In this document: positions 48,049 through 59,700 of the stretch, in pieces | How the letters are laid out: each line of letters starts with the position of its first letter | How positions within the stretch are numbered: the first letter of the stretch is position 1 | Translations under genes and position numbers: made by a program | NCBI GenBank assembly: GCA_001856825.1 | Contig: ATMD01000004.1 | Coordinates: 170,568 to 234,567 of the forward strand | From: Thermoplasmatales archaeon I-plasma | Lineage (GTDB): Archaea; Thermoplasmatota; Thermoplasmata; Thermoplasmatales; GCA-001856825 | Direction: 5' to 3' | DNA length: 64,000 nucleotides | Notes under the pieces: model-generated | What the model was told of the DNA's origin: nothing | Database searches by the model: none | Seen by the model: only the letters and a program-made list of their open reading frames with translations

Positions 48049-49374
48049 CTACGAGAAATTAACTGCTTCGAACAACTCCCGAGTTGAGGCACTTTCGAAT
48101 CTCTTTCCCATTTCCACTATCATTTTTACCTTTTCCTCATCACCTATCAGTCTCATTCCTTTGTTTTCCAGATCTTTCCAGTCGTACGGATTCCTGAAGT
48201 GACCTTTTGGGACAGTCACCTCTTTCTCATACTCCGACGAATCTGTCTTTACACTGATCTTAACTGGGAGATATTCTGGATACATTGAGTCGAACTCCTT
48301 CGTGACCTCAAATTTAGTCGAATCTATTACATCAAGTATCTTTTTATCGTTCAGGTATCTTGGCTCAAATGATGATGGGCCCGGTGCCCCATAAATGAGG
48401 GTATAGGCTATCATATATGGAAGGCTGTGATCTGCTGTTTCCTTTGTCTTAGGCCTGAGCTTCTCCGGGTCCTTCACTATTATCTTGTGCGCAACTGAAA
48501 AAGTGTCAACCTTCACGCTTTTGATCTTTTCACCATTCATTTGGTCTTTAATCGACAAAGCCGCCTCTATTGCACTCATAGCATGATATTCAACAGGAAA
48601 ATTCTTTATCATCGTTCTTACGACCCTGTTCTTTTCTAAATCAATATCAATTTTCCCTGTAATCTGCTTGAAAAAACCCATTTCTCCCTCAAAAATAGGA
48701 GATGGACCTGTGAAACCTTCACTAGCGAGTAATGCGGCAAAGACTGAATTCCTGGCTGCATTTGCGGCAGTACATCCTTTCCACATGCTGAGCTCTCCAG
48801 CCCTTGTCTGCCTGAGGGATATGTTGTTGTTGATTGCGAGATTCAGGTTGTTGATGAATTTTGACTTTTCAAAATTATTCAATACCCCAAGACCTGCTGC
48901 GGATGAGATAGAGATGTATGTCACATGATCCCACCCCTTGTCCCTTATAGAGAAGGCATCCGCGAATGCACCTACCACCTGGTATGATGCTGCCAGGGCC
49001 CTGATGACTTCTAGCCCATCAGCGTCAAGGGTATACGCATAACTGAGGATTGGTGGAACATTGTCAGATGGATGAAGTGCTTCTTTTGAAAGATAAGTGT
49101 CATTGTAATCTAGGTATCGCGTCATGCATCCATTCAGATATGTTGCTACATCTACCGCAGCCGTACGATTATCGTAGTAAATTGGTGCATTTTTCCTACC
49201 TGAAGACGGAAGGAGCCCGTCTTTTGATTTTTTAACCGCATCTGAGTTCCTCGCACCATAAGAAACGAAAAGAGAATCGACAATTCTCTTCTTTAATTCT
49301 TCTTTAGTTGCCCTTTCCTTTAAAAGATCGTCTATTCCAGAGCAGTATTGAAATATCTGTTCGTCAAGGTTCAA
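48049..49374 (-). CDS. MmgE/PrpD-family (2-methylcitrate dehydratase-like) protein
   Basis: The length and the family-typical segments LDYNDTY, HPSD and GWDH. Confidence 0.75.
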   Translation of the reverse strand: MNLDEQIFQYCSGIDDLLKERATKEELKKRIVDSLFVSYGARNSDAVKKSKDGLLPSSGRKNAPIYYDNRTAAVDVATYLNGCMTRYLDYNDTYLSKEALHPSDNVPPILSYAYTLDADGLEVIRALAASYQVVGAFADAFSIRDKGWDHVTYISISSAAGLGVLNNFEKSKFINNLNLAINNNISLRQTRAGELSMWKGCTAANAARNSVFAALLASEGFTGPSPIFEGEMGFFKQITGKIDIDLEKNRVVRTMIKNFPVEYHAMSAIEAALSIKDQMNGEKIKSVKVDTFSVAHKIIVKDPEKLRPKTKETADHSLPYMIAYTLIYGAPGPSSFEPRYLNDKKILDVIDSTKFEVTKEFDSMYPEYLPVKISVKTDSSEYEKEVTVPKGHFRNPYDWKDLENKGMRLIGDEEKVKMIVEMGKRFESASTRELFEAVNFS

Positions 49375-49544
49375 TAAATCACCCTAATCCATAATATTTA
49401 CTTCTACAAAACTACTATCTCTTCATTCGGGCAGCTTTTGGGTCCAGATTCCACTCGGTTGGAATGGAGACTGTGTTGCTATTGAAGCTTAGCAATCTTT
49501 CTTGCTGAAGTTCCCTTCGACAATTTGACGGAAAAGCAATTTAA

Positions 49545-50666
49545 GTGCAAAGTCCATTCCGTAATGTGGGGCTAACCTCAAGGGTCATAAAAATTTCAAC
49601 TCTATTCTATCTCATCTTTGTCATTTTACTTCTTATTACGGTGCTTTATCTGGCTAACTTGAGTTACCGTCACATTCTCCCAGTGTCCCTCTCAGGGCTG
49701 GCCGACCCTCTTCTCGTAACATTTATATTTTCAGTAGTAGCACTGAGGGGCCTTACATTACGCGTTCGATACGCATTCTACCTCTCTATCTTGACCACTT
49801 TGGCAACTATTTCACCTTTTTTGAGAATGAGCGGTTACCTTTCAGTCTTCACAGCTCCTCTATTTGTAGTGGCAATTGTATCCACTATCCTTATTTTGAA
49901 GGACTACAGATATTACAACTTCCCAACAAAAATGTTTGCTAGACCTGAAATATCTATTTCCATAGTGATAATTGCAATGGTACTTGTTATTGGAGTTGTT
50001 GGCACACTTATCCTCGGTAATCAGTTTAGCCCTAAAATTACCAACATTCCTAGAGCCCTCTATTACACCGGAGAAGTGGTTACTACACTTGGTTTTGGCG
50101 ATATTCTGCCCACAACTAGGACGTCACAGATTTTCAGCATAGTCATGTCAATGCTTGGTATCGGTTCGTTCTTTGGCGCAGTAACTGTTATAGTGGGACC
50201 TTTGATATACGAAAGGGGAAGAAGGGTGGTAAGAGTGATACAGAGAATGGAAGGGAAGCTAATGAATGGTTACGTTCTTTTCGTCGATTTCTCGCCACTT
50301 TTTGAACCTTTGTTAACAAATCTAATTCAACAGGACGAGTTAATCATAGTAGCACTAGACGACAAGTCCAAGGAATCGCGCATAAGTGAAAAGAAGGTAT
50401 TCGTGGAATCAGAAGGAAGCATGGAAAGAATCCTTTCTAATCTGGACCTTACAAAGTCAAAGAAGATTGTGCTGGGTAGCGAAGACGATGGAAAGAACAT
50501 AATGAATGCTCTCTACATTTCAACAAAATATCCGGGTGAAGAAATGAGAGCTAAGATAATTGCAATAGCAAATCTACCATCTAACTATGAACGGATTGTT
50601 CCTCTTGTAGGGAATGTTATAAACCCGGCGAAACTAATTGCGGAGTACTCAAAGTCTTTGTTCTAG
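49545..50666 (+). CDS. potassium channel (pore-loop TTLGFGD) with a degenerate cytoplasmic RCK-like tail
   Basis: Selectivity filter GEVVTTLGFGDILP between TM helices. The C-terminal Rossmann-like region lacks the GxGxxG motif. Confidence 0.75.
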   Translation: MQSPFRNVGLTSRVIKISTLFYLIFVILLLITVLYLANLSYRHILPVSLSGLADPLLVTFIFSVVALRGLTLRVRYAFYLSILTTLATISPFLRMSGYLSVFTAPLFVVAIVSTILILKDYRYYNFPTKMFARPEISISIVIIAMVLVIGVVGTLILGNQFSPKITNIPRALYYTGEVVTTLGFGDILPTTRTSQIFSIVMSMLGIGSFFGAVTVIVGPLIYERGRRVVRVIQRMEGKLMNGYVLFVDFSPLFEPLLTNLIQQDELIIVALDDKSKESRISEKKVFVESEGSMERILSNLDLTKSKKIVLGSEDDGKNIMNALYISTKYPGEEMRAKIIAIANLPSNYERIVPLVGNVINPAKLIAEYSKSLF

Positions 50667-50985
50667 CGATTTTCTTACCTCAACATACGGTTAGATAGTC
50701 TACTTCGTCAACACGATTATTTCATTCACGAGGTAAAATAACCATACTCTAAGAAGCATGAACATCTATTGACCTACTGGCACTGCATTTTGGTTAGTAT
50801 AAGAAACTATCCGAAAACGGATTGGCAGACACATACTTGAAGAATAATGAATGGAATCTGCAAGATTCAGGACTATGCAATACAGCATCATTCCCACAAA
50901 TGCAGTCATACTAAATTGCTTTGCCTGCACTCAACAATAATGAGACTTTTAACTAGGACCCAATCTTTCCAATATACCGATTTGT

Positions 50986-52545
50986 TTAGTCAGCGGGTAT
51001 TGAGATGCCGTCACCTCTTGAATCGGAACCGCCAATTGCCACTCCATCCGGAAGACGGAGAGATATCTGCGCCTGACCTAAATGCGGAGAAATTCCGACG
51101 TTCTTTACTTCTCTTGCAGGGTAGATCTTTTTTATCTCTTCCATAAGGTCTTCCGATTCCACCATAAGGGTGTTTGGTATTTCATAGATAGTATAGGGGA
51201 ATGCCCACCTCGGAGTATCAATAACAAGCTGAGGATCTTTTCTGTTATTCATCAAGCCCATAATCAGTTGTATGTGAAGTTGCGGTTGTATGTCCCCTCC
51301 CATGGAACCAATGGATGCAATGTACCCAGAATCGTCTTCAATAATGGCAGCGCACAAGGTGTGAAATGTTCTCTTACCGGGCTTAAGGGCATTGTGATGA
51401 TGTGGATCGAGACTGAAATAACTACCCCTATTCTGAAGAACAAACCCAGTGCCACGCGGCACTATCCCTGAACCAAATCCTAGATAATTGCTCTGAACTA
51501 CAGAAATGCTATTACCTTCTGTATCCGTTATTGAAAAGAATGTCGTATCTCCTCTGTCACCAAAACCCCGTCCTGCAGAACTAGGAAATTTATTGTTTTT
51601 TAAGAGTTCACTTGCAAATTGCTTTGTCAGGAAATTTTCCGGAAGAGGGTAGAAGTCCGGATCAGCTATAAATTTGTCCCGTTGAAGGTATGCTATATGT
51701 CCAGTTTCGAGGGTGTCACGTAGGTTTGGATTTGACTCTTTTAATTCCAGCATGTTTAGCCACAGGATCACTGTAGCAGCTTGACTATTTGGAGCTGTTT
51801 CATAAACAGTATATCCCTGATATTCTGTCTTCAGAGGAGGCTGAAATGTAGATTTATGTTTCCTAAGGTCGTCAGAGGATATCTCTACGTTTAGGTCATT
51901 CAGCCCATTTACTATCTTATCCGCTAGGTGCCCGTCGTAGAATGAGGAAAGACCATCTGACTTCAGACCAGCAAATGTTTCTGCAAGGTCTTTTTGTTTG
52001 AATACGGTGCCTGGCTCTGGAACGGCATTCCCTCTCAGAAATATTGATTTCCAATTCTCATAGCCGCTTAGATATTTAGCACTGCTTTCAATTGAACTCG
52101 AATAGTTTTGGGTAATTGGAAAGCCCTCTTTTGCGTATTTATATGCATAATTCATAAGATCGCTTACTTCCATAGTCCCATATTTTTTATGTATGTCCTC
52201 CCATGCCTTTACTAGCCCGGGAACCGTTATCACAGAATCCTTACCTCTTGAAGGCAGTTTCTTTATGCCTAGTTCGAGGAAATGTTCGATTGTCATGCTC
52301 TCAAATGCTCTACCACTGCCATTCAAATTCACTACTGGTTTGCCGTCAATCTTTAACAGCATGAAAGTGTCTCCTCCTAAACTGCATAAATTATTCTGGG
52401 TAACGCAGAGAGTTGCACTAGTCGCTATGGCCGCATCAACAATGTTTCCTCCAGATTCCAAAACTCTCGCTCCCACTGTTGATGATTGTAAGCTTGATGA
52501 TGAAACTACCCCTTTCTTGGAGAAGGCATTCGGCCTGGTTCTCAT
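50986..52545 (-). CDS. ggt: gamma-glutamyltranspeptidase
   Basis: The autoprocessing site GDTTFFSITD and GSGIVP..GF.LQNRG. Confidence 0.85.
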   Translation of the reverse strand: MRTRPNAFSKKGVVSSSSLQSSTVGARVLESGGNIVDAAIATSATLCVTQNNLCSLGGDTFMLLKIDGKPVVNLNGSGRAFESMTIEHFLELGIKKLPSRGKDSVITVPGLVKAWEDIHKKYGTMEVSDLMNYAYKYAKEGFPITQNYSSSIESSAKYLSGYENWKSIFLRGNAVPEPGTVFKQKDLAETFAGLKSDGLSSFYDGHLADKIVNGLNDLNVEISSDDLRKHKSTFQPPLKTEYQGYTVYETAPNSQAATVILWLNMLELKESNPNLRDTLETGHIAYLQRDKFIADPDFYPLPENFLTKQFASELLKNNKFPSSAGRGFGDRGDTTFFSITDTEGNSISVVQSNYLGFGSGIVPRGTGFVLQNRGSYFSLDPHHHNALKPGKRTFHTLCAAIIEDDSGYIASIGSMGGDIQPQLHIQLIMGLMNNRKDPQLVIDTPRWAFPYTIYEIPNTLMVESEDLMEEIKKIYPAREVKNVGISPHLGQAQISLRLPDGVAIGGSDSRGDGISIPAD

Positions 52546-52610
52546 AATGCTTTACTTTATCTTGATTTATATGCTTTGTCTATCAAAGAAACTCTATTAA
52601 AATAGGTATA

Positions 52611-53879
52611 ATGATAACTTCAGCAATCTTGCAATTTTTAGCTTCCAACTCGGCGTTAAAATTTTCTATGAAAAGTCATTACACTCCCAATAAAGGTTTG
52701 GAAATGAGATTCTACCTAGAGAATTATGGGTGCACTTTGAACCAAGCCCAGGGGGAGATGATAGCAAATTCCCTAATCTCTCAAGGAAACCAGCTGGTTG
52801 ACGACTTGAAGTCAGCAGACTCTGTCCTTCTTTCCACCTGTGTTGTCATAAAACATACGGAAGACAGGATGCTGAGAAGGATAGAGGAGATAAAGAAGGA
52901 AGGGAAGGAAGTGGTAGTCTCAGGATGTTTGACAAACATCCCTTCCACTGACGTTAGACGGATTGACTTTACTTATTCTCGTGGAAGGTTGCCCATTCTC
53001 AAGGATGGGAACCTGAGCGTAGGTATACCGATTGCTGAAGGATGCGACGGAGGATGCACATTTTGTATATCCAGAATTGCACGTGGCAGGCTCAAGAGCT
53101 TCAGCCAGAATGAGATTCTTGATAATGTCAGGGAGATGGTCAGCAAGGGGGCAAAGGAGATACGACTGACAGCACTAGATACTGGGTCCTACGGAAATGA
53201 TATATCAACCACGTTGCCCCAGCTTGTCGAGAAGATAGCGCAGTTAGAAGGCGATTTCAGTATCAGGATAGGAATGATGGAACCAGAGAACGCAAGTTCG
53301 ATCATCGATGACCTTCTAAAAGTAATGGAATCTGACAAGGTCTACAAGTTTCTTCACATCCCTTTTCAGAGCGGGGACCCAATGGTCCTCAGGAAGATGG
53401 GAAGACAGTACAAAATAGAAAAGTTCCTAGAGGTCGCTGCAAAATTCCGTGACGCGTACCCTGAAGGAATCATGAGCACGGATGTAATCGTTGGCTTTCC
53501 GTATGAATCTGTTGCTGGTCTCAGAGCAACTGCAGATGTGATAAGAAAGGTAAAGCCGGAGATACTTAACATAACAAGGTATTCTCCACGCCCTGGAACA
53601 GCTGCATACAGGTGGAAGGTACCTCCAACAAATCAGACTGCACAGTGGAGTAGGATACTCACGGATATCCATAGGGATATTTCTGAAAGGTCACTCGAAA
53701 GATTTGTGGGAAAGGAATTGGAAGTGAGGGCGATGGAGATCGGGAAGAATGGAACATTCATCGGCAGGGACAAAAACTACCACCCAGTGATATTAAAGAC
53801 AGGAAAGCTTGGAGAAGTCAGGAAGGTCAAGATAGTGGATAGTTCTGATTTTTACCTTATCGGAAAATATCGGAATTAA
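52611..53879 (+). CDS. MiaB-like radical-SAM methylthiotransferase (archaeal CDKAL1 type)
   Basis: UPF0004 N-terminus MRFYLENYGCTLNQ, so the probable true start is 52704. Radical-SAM motif EGCDGGCTFC. C-terminal TRAM domain. Confidence 0.85.
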   Translation: MITSAILQFLASNSALKFSMKSHYTPNKGLEMRFYLENYGCTLNQAQGEMIANSLISQGNQLVDDLKSADSVLLSTCVVIKHTEDRMLRRIEEIKKEGKEVVVSGCLTNIPSTDVRRIDFTYSRGRLPILKDGNLSVGIPIAEGCDGGCTFCISRIARGRLKSFSQNEILDNVREMVSKGAKEIRLTALDTGSYGNDISTTLPQLVEKIAQLEGDFSIRIGMMEPENASSIIDDLLKVMESDKVYKFLHIPFQSGDPMVLRKMGRQYKIEKFLEVAAKFRDAYPEGIMSTDVIVGFPYESVAGLRATADVIRKVKPEILNITRYSPRPGTAAYRWKVPPTNQTAQWSRILTDIHRDISERSLERFVGKELEVRAMEIGKNGTFIGRDKNYHPVILKTGKLGEVRKVKIVDSSDFYLIGKYRN

Positions 53880-54115
53880 GATCGTTGACTAATGGTAAAT
53901 TTAAGATTCAGATTTTTATGTTCTTTCATACAGCATTTAATTCATTGTCGCTGCAGTTACTCTGAAGGACTATTAGATGGTTCAAATGGAAGAGGTTTCA
54001 TTTGTTTCAACTATATTGCCTTAAGTTTCTAAATATAAAAAAGGAGTATTCATGAATTGTGATGAAATGAGTAATCCTTAACAGACCCAAATATATGAGG
54101 AGGTGAATTTCAAGC

Positions 54116-54328
54116 ATGAAGATCGATGTCATTGTACGTCATGGAGACAGGCCAGTCGAGGAGATAGAAGGAAAAGTGGTCGTCTTCACAAACGAGAAAA
54201 GGAAGAATAACAGGGCGAATGTAGACGTCATTAGGCAGCTTGCAAAGTATTATTCAGTTTCCATATCAAACATAAGGATAGTGGCTGGTGCAACGAGACC
54301 GAAGAAAACCATAGAAATAGTTATGTAA
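54116..54328 (+). CDS. DUF167 (YggU-like) protein
   Basis: ..NRANVDVIRQLAKYYSVSISNIRIVAGATRPKKTIEI matches the family pattern. Confidence 0.65.
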   Translation: MKIDVIVRHGDRPVEEIEGKVVVFTNEKRKNNRANVDVIRQLAKYYSVSISNIRIVAGATRPKKTIEIVM

Positions 54329-54803
54329 TTGGCTTAATCTCATCTACATTTCCAAAACGAACTTCCCTCGTTCCTTTGGGGATAACGCAGTTTTCATTAA
54401 ACCTCAAGAGAAATGAAGGGGTTTCTTGTTGCTACTCTGTGTATGCTGGAAGTCCCTAAGGAGAATTGATAGTTGGAAGGCGATCCCCTTTATAGCTTTT
54501 GGAATCGAAAGATTACCTGTTTCTTATAAATATGCTACAGATGCAGAGTTCCACTGGAGCGACAAAAGACCAAATAATGCAGTCCTGAACAATCCGTATC
54601 TCTTCCTTTACTTGCAATTCAGTCAAGGTCATTTGTAAATTCTGTGACCAGTTTATCCGAATTTATGTTAACCCTCAAGAAAATGCAATAGAATTGTGTG
54701 GTCGGAGTCCACCAAAATTTCCTTGAAATGTTACGTCATAGAAATAAGTCCCTATTGGTAATAAGGGGCAGGTTATCCTGAAAATTTGAGCAGTATATTT
54801 ATG

Positions 54804-55241
54804 TCACTCGATGTAAAGTCTTGCAATCGTGAAATGCCTCTTCGCGAGGAGCATTGCAGTCTTGAGGTTCTTTGCCTCCTTGCCTATTGCAGATGCCTTG
54901 TAATTCGGGTCAACTTTTACGTTTACGACATAACCGCTTTCTCCAGCTGTTATGTTAAGGGAAACAACCTTGTACCTGTAAAAAAGGTTCCTGAAGAACT
55001 GTTCAGGTTCTGGAGAGTAATCTAGAACGTTTATCCTCTTTTTCATGCTTTCCTTTATCCTGTCCAGTGCCCTCTTCTTGTCGTCGCTTGTGAAGAGTTT
55101 ATAAGTCCCACCCTTTTCAAGCACGTAGAAAATTACATCCTCAGTTTCCATGACGTCCTTTACAGGGAGTCCAACCGATTTTTCGAAAAGTTGAATGAGG
55201 TCAAGGCTCCTGGTATCGAGCGTTATTTCTCCCAATTTCAC
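54804..55241 (-). CDS. nusA: archaeal NusA-like KH-domain protein
   Basis: Two KH-like repeats, and its position after L30e in the rpo operon. Confidence 0.85.
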   Translation of the reverse strand: MKLGEITLDTRSLDLIQLFEKSVGLPVKDVMETEDVIFYVLEKGGTYKLFTSDDKKRALDRIKESMKKRINVLDYSPEPEQFFRNLFYRYKVVSLNITAGESGYVVNVKVDPNYKASAIGKEAKNLKTAMLLAKRHFTIARLYIE

Positions 55242-55513
55242 TCATTCTCCCTGAATTGAGAAACGCCGGAATCTATCACGCCGATCATGGAAACCGGGTA
55301 TGGCTTCCCGAATAGATTGCCCAGTTGTAACGAATTCAGTGGTACTGTGAACTTAGGGGATTTTGTCTGATCAAATTCTGATTTAAGATGAGGCTCGTTT
55401 GCGAATAATACAGCCTTCACCTCCCCCTTCTTCACCAGCTTCTTCGTTGTCTTCTCTCCAAGTACAAACTTCCCTGTTTCCTTCAATCTTCCAAGTTCCC
55501 AGTTGTAGTCCAT
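55238..55513 (-). CDS. rpl30e: 50S ribosomal protein L30e
   Basis: GKFVLGEKTTKKLVKKGEVKAVLFA pattern and operon position. Confidence 0.85.
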   Translation of the reverse strand: MDYNWELGRLKETGKFVLGEKTTKKLVKKGEVKAVLFANEPHLKSEFDQTKSPKFTVPLNSLQLGNLFGKPYPVSMIGVIDSGVSQFRENE

Positions 55514-57055
55514 TTAATCCTCTCTCCTGTAAGCAAGCTTTACTGCGCCTGTTCCGAGGGTTATTGGTTGTCCTACTATAATATTTTCTGCCACTCCGTT
55601 CAGTCTGTCTACTTCGCCGATGAGTCCTGCGTTGAGTAGGTGCTTGCTTGTGATTTCAAAAGCAGCCCTGGCAAGGACAGATGCTTTCTTTCCGGAAATG
55701 CCGTGCCTGCCAATGGCTTCTACAACTCCCGAAAACGTCATCATGTCAGCTACAAGCATCAGGTGCCTAATATCGGTATTGAGACCCGCATTGTGAAGTG
55801 TTGAAGTGCTTTCCTCAATTATTGCCTCACGTGCGGCTTCCACCCCCAGTACCTGGGAGATCTCGATGATGTCATTTGTTCTTGTCCTGGAGAAATCTAC
55901 ATCCTTAAGTTCCAGTACTCCTGCAAGATTGGAGCCTTGAGTATAGATGACCCATTCCTTTGCCTTCTGGTCGAACTTCACTATAGCCCTCTTGATTCCT
56001 CCTAGACCCTTGACCTGGAATGTCTTGAGATTCTCATACAGCTGGTATATTCTCTTGAACGAAGGCTCGTCAAGCGTGAGCCTTATTTCGTTTTCCTCCT
56101 CAGTTATCGTTGTTTTCTGCATCCTGATCTTCTTGAGTCTCGGGAGAATCTCCTCTTTCTTGAGTCCTCTTTCCTGCATTTTCTGCTTGTCGAGGAGGAT
56201 CTTGACGTAACTCTCAGTAGTGTTAACCTCAATGTCCGCTATGTCGAGTAGGGTCGTGGACTCTATTGACCTAGCGAGCCCTACCGCCTTGTCCTCATCC
56301 CCTCTTGCTTTCTCTGAAAGATATATTGTCATGGATGGAGTGCTTGGTGTTTTCCTCGCGTCAACTATTTCTATCAGCCTTGGCAGACCAAGGGTAACGT
56401 CCATTTCGGCGACACCTGCAAAGTGGAAAGTCCTCATCGTCATCTGTGTGCCCGGTTCACCTATGCTTTGGGCACCCACTATCCCTACCGCCTCAAATGG
56501 ATCAACCTCCGTCTCCTTGTACTTCTCTACTGCCGCTTTTACAAGCTTGTCGAAGTCCTTCCCCTCTATCTTGTATTGCTTCTTAGCCTCAGCAAGTTGT
56601 TCTGCAATCTTTACAGGCAGGTCTACCCCATCCTTCTCCACCTGTTGGAGTATTGCCTTCACATCATTGCCGAGCTTCTCTTCCATCGGTTCTCTCTGTA
56701 CAATCTTGGCCTCTTCCTTTCTGGATAGAATTACGTAGGAGAGTATCTTGTCGATGGAACCACCGTTCACTTCCTCGTAATTTACTATGTCGTCCTGTAT
56801 CTCCTCTATCTTTTCTATCATCACAAGAGTCTTCAACTTATCCTTCTTTTTCTTGATCACGTTCTTCTCGTTCTGGTATGGCGCTATTTTCGATATCTTT
56901 GCTTTCGCAACGAACGTCTTGCCTGTGATAGTTATGAGAGCTTCCTTAACTGTTTTGTCAGGAGGTATATCGTAATCCAGGCAGTATCCAACGGGAGCCT
57001 TGTCAATGAGCTCCTTGACCTTCTTCAGGGTATCTTTCCAGGCCAGGACTGTCAT
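55514..57055 (-). CDS. rpoA2: RNA polymerase subunit A'' with an N-terminal extension of about 120 aa
   Basis: [21 protein letters not shown] lies about 200 aa from the start, compared with about 70 aa in typical A'' subunits. ATGA overlap with rpoA1. Confidence 0.9.
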   Translation of the reverse strand: MTVLAWKDTLKKVKELIDKAPVGYCLDYDIPPDKTVKEALITITGKTFVAKAKISKIAPYQNEKNVIKKKKDKLKTLVMIEKIEEIQDDIVNYEEVNGGSIDKILSYVILSRKEEAKIVQREPMEEKLGNDVKAILQQVEKDGVDLPVKIAEQLAEAKKQYKIEGKDFDKLVKAAVEKYKETEVDPFEAVGIVGAQSIGEPGTQMTMRTFHFAGVAEMDVTLGLPRLIEIVDARKTPSTPSMTIYLSEKARGDEDKAVGLARSIESTTLLDIADIEVNTTESYVKILLDKQKMQERGLKKEEILPRLKKIRMQKTTITEEENEIRLTLDEPSFKRIYQLYENLKTFQVKGLGGIKRAIVKFDQKAKEWVIYTQGSNLAGVLELKDVDFSRTRTNDIIEISQVLGVEAAREAIIEESTSTLHNAGLNTDIRHLMLVADMMTFSGVVEAIGRHGISGKKASVLARAAFEITSKHLLNAGLIGEVDRLNGVAENIIVGQPITLGTGAVKLAYRRED

Positions 57056-59700
57056 TGTTTCCCCCCGTACTTCTTTCCAAACATCTCCTTGATGAGATAG
57101 TCGATGTCTACTGATTCCCCCTCGAAGGATCTCGATGGGTCTGTCCCATCCTCCCCGTATTCCAGTTGGATAATGGAGTCTTCCGTATCCAGGACCTTGC
57201 CCTCATCGGATACCTTCAAATCCTCAAGAGCGTTGATCAGTCTCCTCTGCATGTAACCGGATCTTGATGTCCTGACAGCTATATCCACTAACCCCTCCCT
57301 TCCTCCTGTCGCGTGGAAGAAGTATTCCGTTGGATTCAGTCCCTCCTTGTAAGATGAGCTGACGAATCCTCGCGCGTAAGCGCCTATGTCACCCTTCTGG
57401 AAATGGGGTAGCGTTCTGTTGGTATACCCCCTGTGCTGCCTCTGACCCCTGATACTCTGCTGACCTATGATTCCGGCCATCTGTGCCAGGTTCATCATGT
57501 TCGCCCTAGCGCCGGACCTTGCCATTATGACTGTAGAATTATCCATACCAAGGTAATGAGAAGCGATTTCAGAGCTCTTTTCCCTTGCCTGGGAAAGCGC
57601 CTTCATAACCATCGATTCGAGTGTATCCTCAAGAGTCTTTCCAGGCTCCATTCCTATAAGACCGTTCTTGTAGTTCTCGATGAGTTTTTCTACCTTCTGG
57701 ACGGCCTCATTTCCAACTTCCCTCAGCTGTGCCTTAGCTTCACCTGGTACATCCTCATCATCTATTCCAGTGGAGAATCCAGTGAAGCTTATCACGCCTG
57801 CAGCAAGCCTAGTGAGGTTATCCAGGAACTTTGCTCCTTCTGCATTCCCGTACTTCCTAAGTACGTAGTCCAGAAGTACACCCTTGGATTGCCCTATTGC
57901 ATTTTCATCAATTGCACCGTTAATTAGCTTGCCGTTCTCTATCTTTATAGTGCCCTCTGTCCCATTTGGGTCGAGACTCTTGTCCCCCAGCTTTCCCTTG
58001 AATTCCAGGTTGACGCCCTCTGGAAGTATCATGGAGAATATGTCCCTGCCCCTAAAGTACTTCTTCCCATCCACCTCCACGGTCTCCGGAGTTTTGCCTA
58101 CGTCAATGTAACTCATTATGTGCAGTCCCGCATCAAGCGGAATCAGTGGGTTCTTGTATGTTAACATGAAGAGTGCAGTTATGTGGTCGTGAATCGCACC
58201 CATTATCGGCCCCCCAAATCTCGGAGAAAGGAAGTTCTCCTGGACCTTCATGAGTATCTCTGCTTCTGCCCTTGCCTCCTGGCTCTGAAGCACGTGGAGG
58301 TTCATTTCATCTCCATCAAAATCTGCATTGTACGGTGCACAGACGGCCAGGTTGAACCTGAAAGTCCTGTAAGGGAGGACCCTAACTTCGTGGGCCATCA
58401 TCGACATCCTGTGCAGGCTCGGCTGCCTATTGAACAGTACTATGTCGCCATTCTCCATCTGTCTTTCAACCTGCCAGCCTATTTCCATCTTTTCCGCCAC
58501 TTCAGCCGCATTCTTGTCTGATATCTTTATCCTGCTTCCGTCAGTCCTGTAAACATAGTTAACTCCCGGCTTGTAGACGTCCTCTTCCTTCCCGGGACCG
58601 TTCTTGATCAGTTCCTTGAGTTTCTCGAAATTGTGCTCCGTAACTGTTTCCGTTACAGTGAGTTCCCTTGCGGCCTTTTCCGGTACCCCTACCTGATTTA
58701 TTGAAAGGAACGGTTCCGGACTGATTACAGTCCTAGCAGAAAAGTTGACCCTCTTGCCAGAAAGGTTGCTCCTGAACCTTCCCTCCTTTCCCTTGAGCCT
58801 CTGAACAAGCGTCTTAAGTGATCGCCCGGACCTGTGCCTTGCAGGCGGAGTTCCGGGAGTCTGGTTATCGAAGTATGTTGTAATGTGATACTGAAGGAGG
58901 TCCCACAAATCTTCTATGATCAGCTGCGGGCTACCCTGGTCCCTGTTCTCCCTCAATCTTTGGTTTATCCTTATAACATCCACAAGTTTGTGCGTAAGGT
59001 CATCTTCGCTTCTCTCCCCCGTCTCAAGCGTTATCGTGGGTCTCACGTTAACGGGTGGTACAGGGAAAACTGTAAGGACCATCCACTCCGGCCTGGCCAC
59101 CTTTGGGTCCAGGCCTATCAGAGGTAGGTCCTCATTAGGAATCTTCTCGAATCTTTCCCTTATTTCCTTTGGAGTGAGCTTCTTCCCCTCTTCCCTGAAC
59201 GTTGTCGGCTTGTCCAGCGCTACCTTCTGGTTCTCGAAATGGCAATGTGGACAGATAACCACATCGGAAGCTTCAGATTCCACTTCTGAAACGATGTCGT
59301 CATATTCGATGTCGCTCAGTCTGTCTGCTGTATCCTTTATTCTCTGAAAATACTCCTTTAGCTTGTCGTCAGCTAGCTTTATTCTTCCACAGTTGGAGCA
59401 CGTACTTGACAGGATTGAATAGATTTCCTTTATGAATCCGATGTGAACGACGGGCATCGCAAGTTCGATATGCCCGAAATGACCCGGACACTGGTCGACT
59501 TTCCCTCCACATGTTTTGCACTTCAGTCCCGGTTCTATCACTCCCATGGATGGGTCCATGAGCCCTTTCTCTATCGGATATCCATCATCGTCGTATGTGT
59601 CTGGAGTGATCACCTTAACGGCTGACATTCTCCTTATCTCGTCTGGAGACAGTAGCGCAAACTTGAGTTCCTCTATTCCCTTTGAAATCTCAACCTTCAC
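57052..59700 (-). CDS. rpoA1: RNA polymerase subunit A'
   Basis: Zinc motifs CKTCGG..CPGHFGH and the catalytic [10 protein letters not shown]. Confidence 0.95.
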   Translation of the reverse strand: MKVEISKGIEELKFALLSPDEIRRMSAVKVITPDTYDDDGYPIEKGLMDPSMGVIEPGLKCKTCGGKVDQCPGHFGHIELAMPVVHIGFIKEIYSILSSTCSNCGRIKLADDKLKEYFQRIKDTADRLSDIEYDDIVSEVESEASDVVICPHCHFENQKVALDKPTTFREEGKKLTPKEIRERFEKIPNEDLPLIGLDPKVARPEWMVLTVFPVPPVNVRPTITLETGERSEDDLTHKLVDVIRINQRLRENRDQGSPQLIIEDLWDLLQYHITTYFDNQTPGTPPARHRSGRSLKTLVQRLKGKEGRFRSNLSGKRVNFSARTVISPEPFLSINQVGVPEKAARELTVTETVTEHNFEKLKELIKNGPGKEEDVYKPGVNYVYRTDGSRIKISDKNAAEVAEKMEIGWQVERQMENGDIVLFNRQPSLHRMSMMAHEVRVLPYRTFRFNLAVCAPYNADFDGDEMNLHVLQSQEARAEAEILMKVQENFLSPRFGGPIMGAIHDHITALFMLTYKNPLIPLDAGLHIMSYIDVGKTPETVEVDGKKYFRGRDIFSMILPEGVNLEFKGKLGDKSLDPNGTEGTIKIENGKLINGAIDENAIGQSKGVLLDYVLRKYGNAEGAKFLDNLTRLAAGVISFTGFSTGIDDEDVPGEAKAQLREVGNEAVQKVEKLIENYKNGLIGMEPGKTLEDTLESMVMKALSQAREKSSEIASHYLGMDNSTVIMARSGARANMMNLAQMAGIIGQQSIRGQRQHRGYTNRTLPHFQKGDIGAYARGFVSSSYKEGLNPTEYFFHATGGREGLVDIAVRTSRSGYMQRRLINALEDLKVSDEGKVLDTEDSIIQLEYGEDGTDPSRSFEGESVDIDYLIKEMFGKKYGGKQ

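Noticed and set aside
54329-54803. 475-bp gene-free gap after nusA containing an imperfect repeat of about 18 nt (AACCTCAAGAGAAATG at about 54399 and AACCCTCAAGAAAATG at about 54670). I checked it for an ncRNA, a CRISPR remnant, or a decayed rps12/rps7.
   Set aside because: There are only two diverged copies and no C/D-box or SRP/RNase P hallmarks. Translations on both strands give only short fragments without ribosomal-protein similarity. The evidence is insufficient.
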